A DNA stretch of 63,970 bases, the filler included, from Octopus bimaculoides (lineage: Eukaryota): the NCBI RefSeq assembly GCF_001194135.2. It is 7 parts of 6 records of this genome, joined end to end, with 100 filler letters (N's around TTAATTAATTAA, not from the genome) between each part and the next. Parts side by side here need not be neighbours in the genome. Positions count along the whole stretch, not along the records: positions 61,126 to 62,583 come from NC_068996.1; positions 62,684 to 63,970 come from NW_026338512.1; 5 more parts are not named here. One strand, given 5' to 3'. This document shows, piece by piece, positions 61,621-63,970 of this stretch. The notes under the pieces were generated by a model. It was not told the DNA's origin. It did no database searches and saw only the letters and a list, made by a program, of their open reading frames with translations. Position numbers and translations under genes: made by a program. Every line of letters begins with the position of its first letter. Positions within the stretch are counted from its first letter, which is position 1.

Positions 61621-61880
61621 TAATAAGTGAAAAAATGTAAAGTAAATGCACAAATGAAAAATGAACACAGAATGGCAAATTAAAAAAAATAAATATTAAG
61701 TGCACAAACGGATGGAAAACAGATACATAAGATCCCTAAATTCCTTGTCAGTTATCAACCAGAAGGTATTACGCAGTTTGACACCATTAATATCATTTTT
61801 CTGTTCATTTTCTGCTTTTAACTTACTTTTCTGAGTCAATTTTTCACTTGTGCATTTGCTATACAATTTTTCACTTATTA
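61621..61880. mobile_element. MITE-like element, 41-bp terminal inverted repeats
   Basis: 61621-61661 matches the reverse complement of 61840-61880 at 37/41 positions; followed by (TA)n. Confidence 0.7.
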
Positions 61881-61901
61881 TATATATATATATTTCTATC
61901 A

Positions 61902-61945
<44 letters not shown>

Positions 61946-61960
61946 ATCTATCTATCTATC

Positions 61961-62549
61961 TTTCCTTTAAACGGGAAGGAAGATCTATTTTTATCGTACT
62001 TGTGGCTATGGCGAAAGAATGTGTATGGTAGATGCATCTGAAAGGTCTAGAGACAAAGACTTTCCTCTCTGGGCAATCTCTCATCAACTTCTTCAAGTAT
62101 CACCTGAAGAGGAAGGTGAGAGTAGAAAGGGAAGTCTTGTCTAGTAAATGCTTCAAAAAAAGATGGGTGAATGTAGCAAGGATGGCACGTGTAAATGACG
62201 GAGCCACCTTGAGCATAACACTATAAAGGAGTAAAAAATCCAGACAAAAAAAAAAAGTCAAAAGAGAGTCACTTACTGTTATAGTTTCTGTAATGACAAT
62301 ATTGACCAAGGTTACCGTGGTCTTTTCGTAGGTTTTTCTTTCCACGGATAACCTCCCCATTTATTGGGAATTTTCTGTATTATTTTGTATTTTTTGTAAA
62401 TACCCCAAACGTTTTGCGATGTTTTTTTTTCATCGTTGTCCCCACTTTTGTTTTTTTTTCTGCTTTGTTTTCGCCCCCCCTCGAAAAGAAAAACTCTACA
62501 TTTGTATTTTGTCCCCTCTGTGTTGAGCCCTGTGTGGCTAATAAAGAAA
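61961..62549 (+). mobile_element. 5'-truncated L1/Tx1-like LINE 3' end between two (TCTA)n tracts
   Basis: IFIVLVAMAKECVW*MHLKG...FFKYHLKRKVRVER..KKRW (AKxxIWxxR-like C-terminal motif), then a 3' UTR ending AATAAAGAAA. Clade assignment is from recalled motifs. Confidence 0.55.
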
Positions 62550-62684
62550 CCTATCTATCCATCTATCTATCTATCTATCTATCNNNNNNNNNNNNNNNNN
62601 NNNNNNNNNNNNNNNNNNNNNNNNNNNTTAATTAATTAANNNNNNNNNNNNNNNNNNNNNNNNNNNNNNNNNNNNNNNNNNNNT

Positions 62685-63258
62685 CCTTGAGGCATTACTT
62701 GAAGAAAATCCTGCATTATCAGTTGAAAAATTGACAATAGAGCTTAGTTCAAACCATGCAACTGTTCATCGCAATCTTCAACATCATGGAAAGATTCCTA
62801 AACTTGGAAAATGGGTGCCTCATGAATTGTCCGAAAGCAACCGCAAATTGCGAATTGACATCTGCTCTTCTCTTCATTCTCGTGAACTCACTTGATCTTT
62901 TTGGATAGACATGTGACTGGTGACGAAAGATGGATCTTTCATCGAAATATCAAACGTCGTAAACAGTGGCTTGGTAAAAGGGAAAAACGCAACCACAACC
63001 GAAAAGGGAACTTCATAGGAAAAAGGTACTTCTCTCCATCTAGTGGGATTGCAAAGGAGTAATTCACTTTGAATTGTTACTACCTAATGCAACAACCAAT
63101 GCTAAAGTCTACTATCAGTAATTAGAGCATTTGAATCAAGATTTGAAGAAAAAAAGACCCGCTTTAGTTATTCGAAAAGGAGTGATGATTCAGCAGGACA
63201 ATGCGCGACCCAACACTGCAAAGATCACATCACAGAAGATCGAAAAGCTTGGTTGGGA
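62685..63258 (+). mobile_element. Mariner transposase pseudogene fragment
   Basis: WVPHELSE, VTGDERWIF, *WDCKGVIHFELL and QQDNARPNTA motifs; frameshifts and stops; third catalytic Asp region absent. Confidence 0.93.
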
Positions 63259-63578
63259 ATATATACAAATATGTAAACATATATATATATGCATACATCA
63301 ATATATATGTATATATATATATGTATGTATATANNNNNNNNNNATATACATACATACATATATATATATATAGAAATATATAGAAATATATATATATATA
63401 GGTATATATATGTGTGTGTATGCATATGTATGTATATATATGTGTGTGTGTGTGTATGTATGTATGTGTGTATGTATGTATGTGTGCGTGTGTATGTATT
63501 TATGTATGCATGTATATTATATGCATAACAGAGTAAAAGTAATATATACCTGTTTATCTCTCTCTATCTCTCTCTCTA

Positions 63579-63614
<36 letters not shown>

Positions 63615-63928
63615 NNNNNNNNNNAGTTATATTCGCAATTTATTTAACTACAACCCTTAAACAAGTAAATAGTATTTTCCTAAACAATATTTCGGTTGGT
63701 GACTTATTCACGAACATACCAACACTAGCGCCGCTGAGGGAAAAATTCTCAGGGAACGCAAAACGGCTCTTTTCAGGGCTATTAACTGTGAATTGCTATC
63801 ATCTCATATCTGATTAACTTGTTATTACGTAACATGCTGCACGATATTAGTATACATACCATATTAGTATTTCCTCCTAAGTTCTATATACTCTGGGAAG
63901 GCATTAAAGCCCTTTTCAGAGCTATTAT

Positions 63929-63970
<42 letters not shown>

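Noticed and set aside
642-63817. Dozens of CV-, HT-, YI-, MY-rich and X-rich ORFs in the ORF track
   Set aside because: Translations of dinucleotide/tetranucleotide microsatellites or N gaps; no protein signal.

Overview
AT-rich, microsatellite-dense, gapped eukaryotic genomic DNA. The repeat content (tRNA-headed SINEs, RTE and RLE-type LINEs, CA/TA/GATA/AAT microsatellites) suggests an octopus/coleoid cephalopod; this is inference. Six identical 100-bp spacers (44 N + TTAATTAATTAA + 44 N) divide the window into seven joined pieces, so adjacency across them is not guaranteed. The only well-supported host gene is an 11-exon, phase-consistent, stop-free internal part (1821 nt, 607 codons) of an ABCA-subfamily ABC transporter on the minus strand (49960->36587; ECD1 to mid-TMD1). 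It lies wholly within one spacer-bounded piece, and I found neither its N-terminus nor its NBDs. The rest is transposon debris: RLE-type LINE fragments, RTE fragments, a probable Tx1/L1 3' end, mariner and maT-like transposase relics, several SINE families, MITE/foldback elements, a 24-bp minisatellite and microsatellites. Almost all ORFs in the supplied track are microsatellite or gap artefacts. The most interesting unexplained structures are a perfect 53-bp hairpin and a ~325-bp foldback in one ABCA intron, a foldback with inverted TTAGGG cores, and hints of microsatellite-targeted retrotransposition. I found no convincing new biological system; the findings are testable hypotheses.
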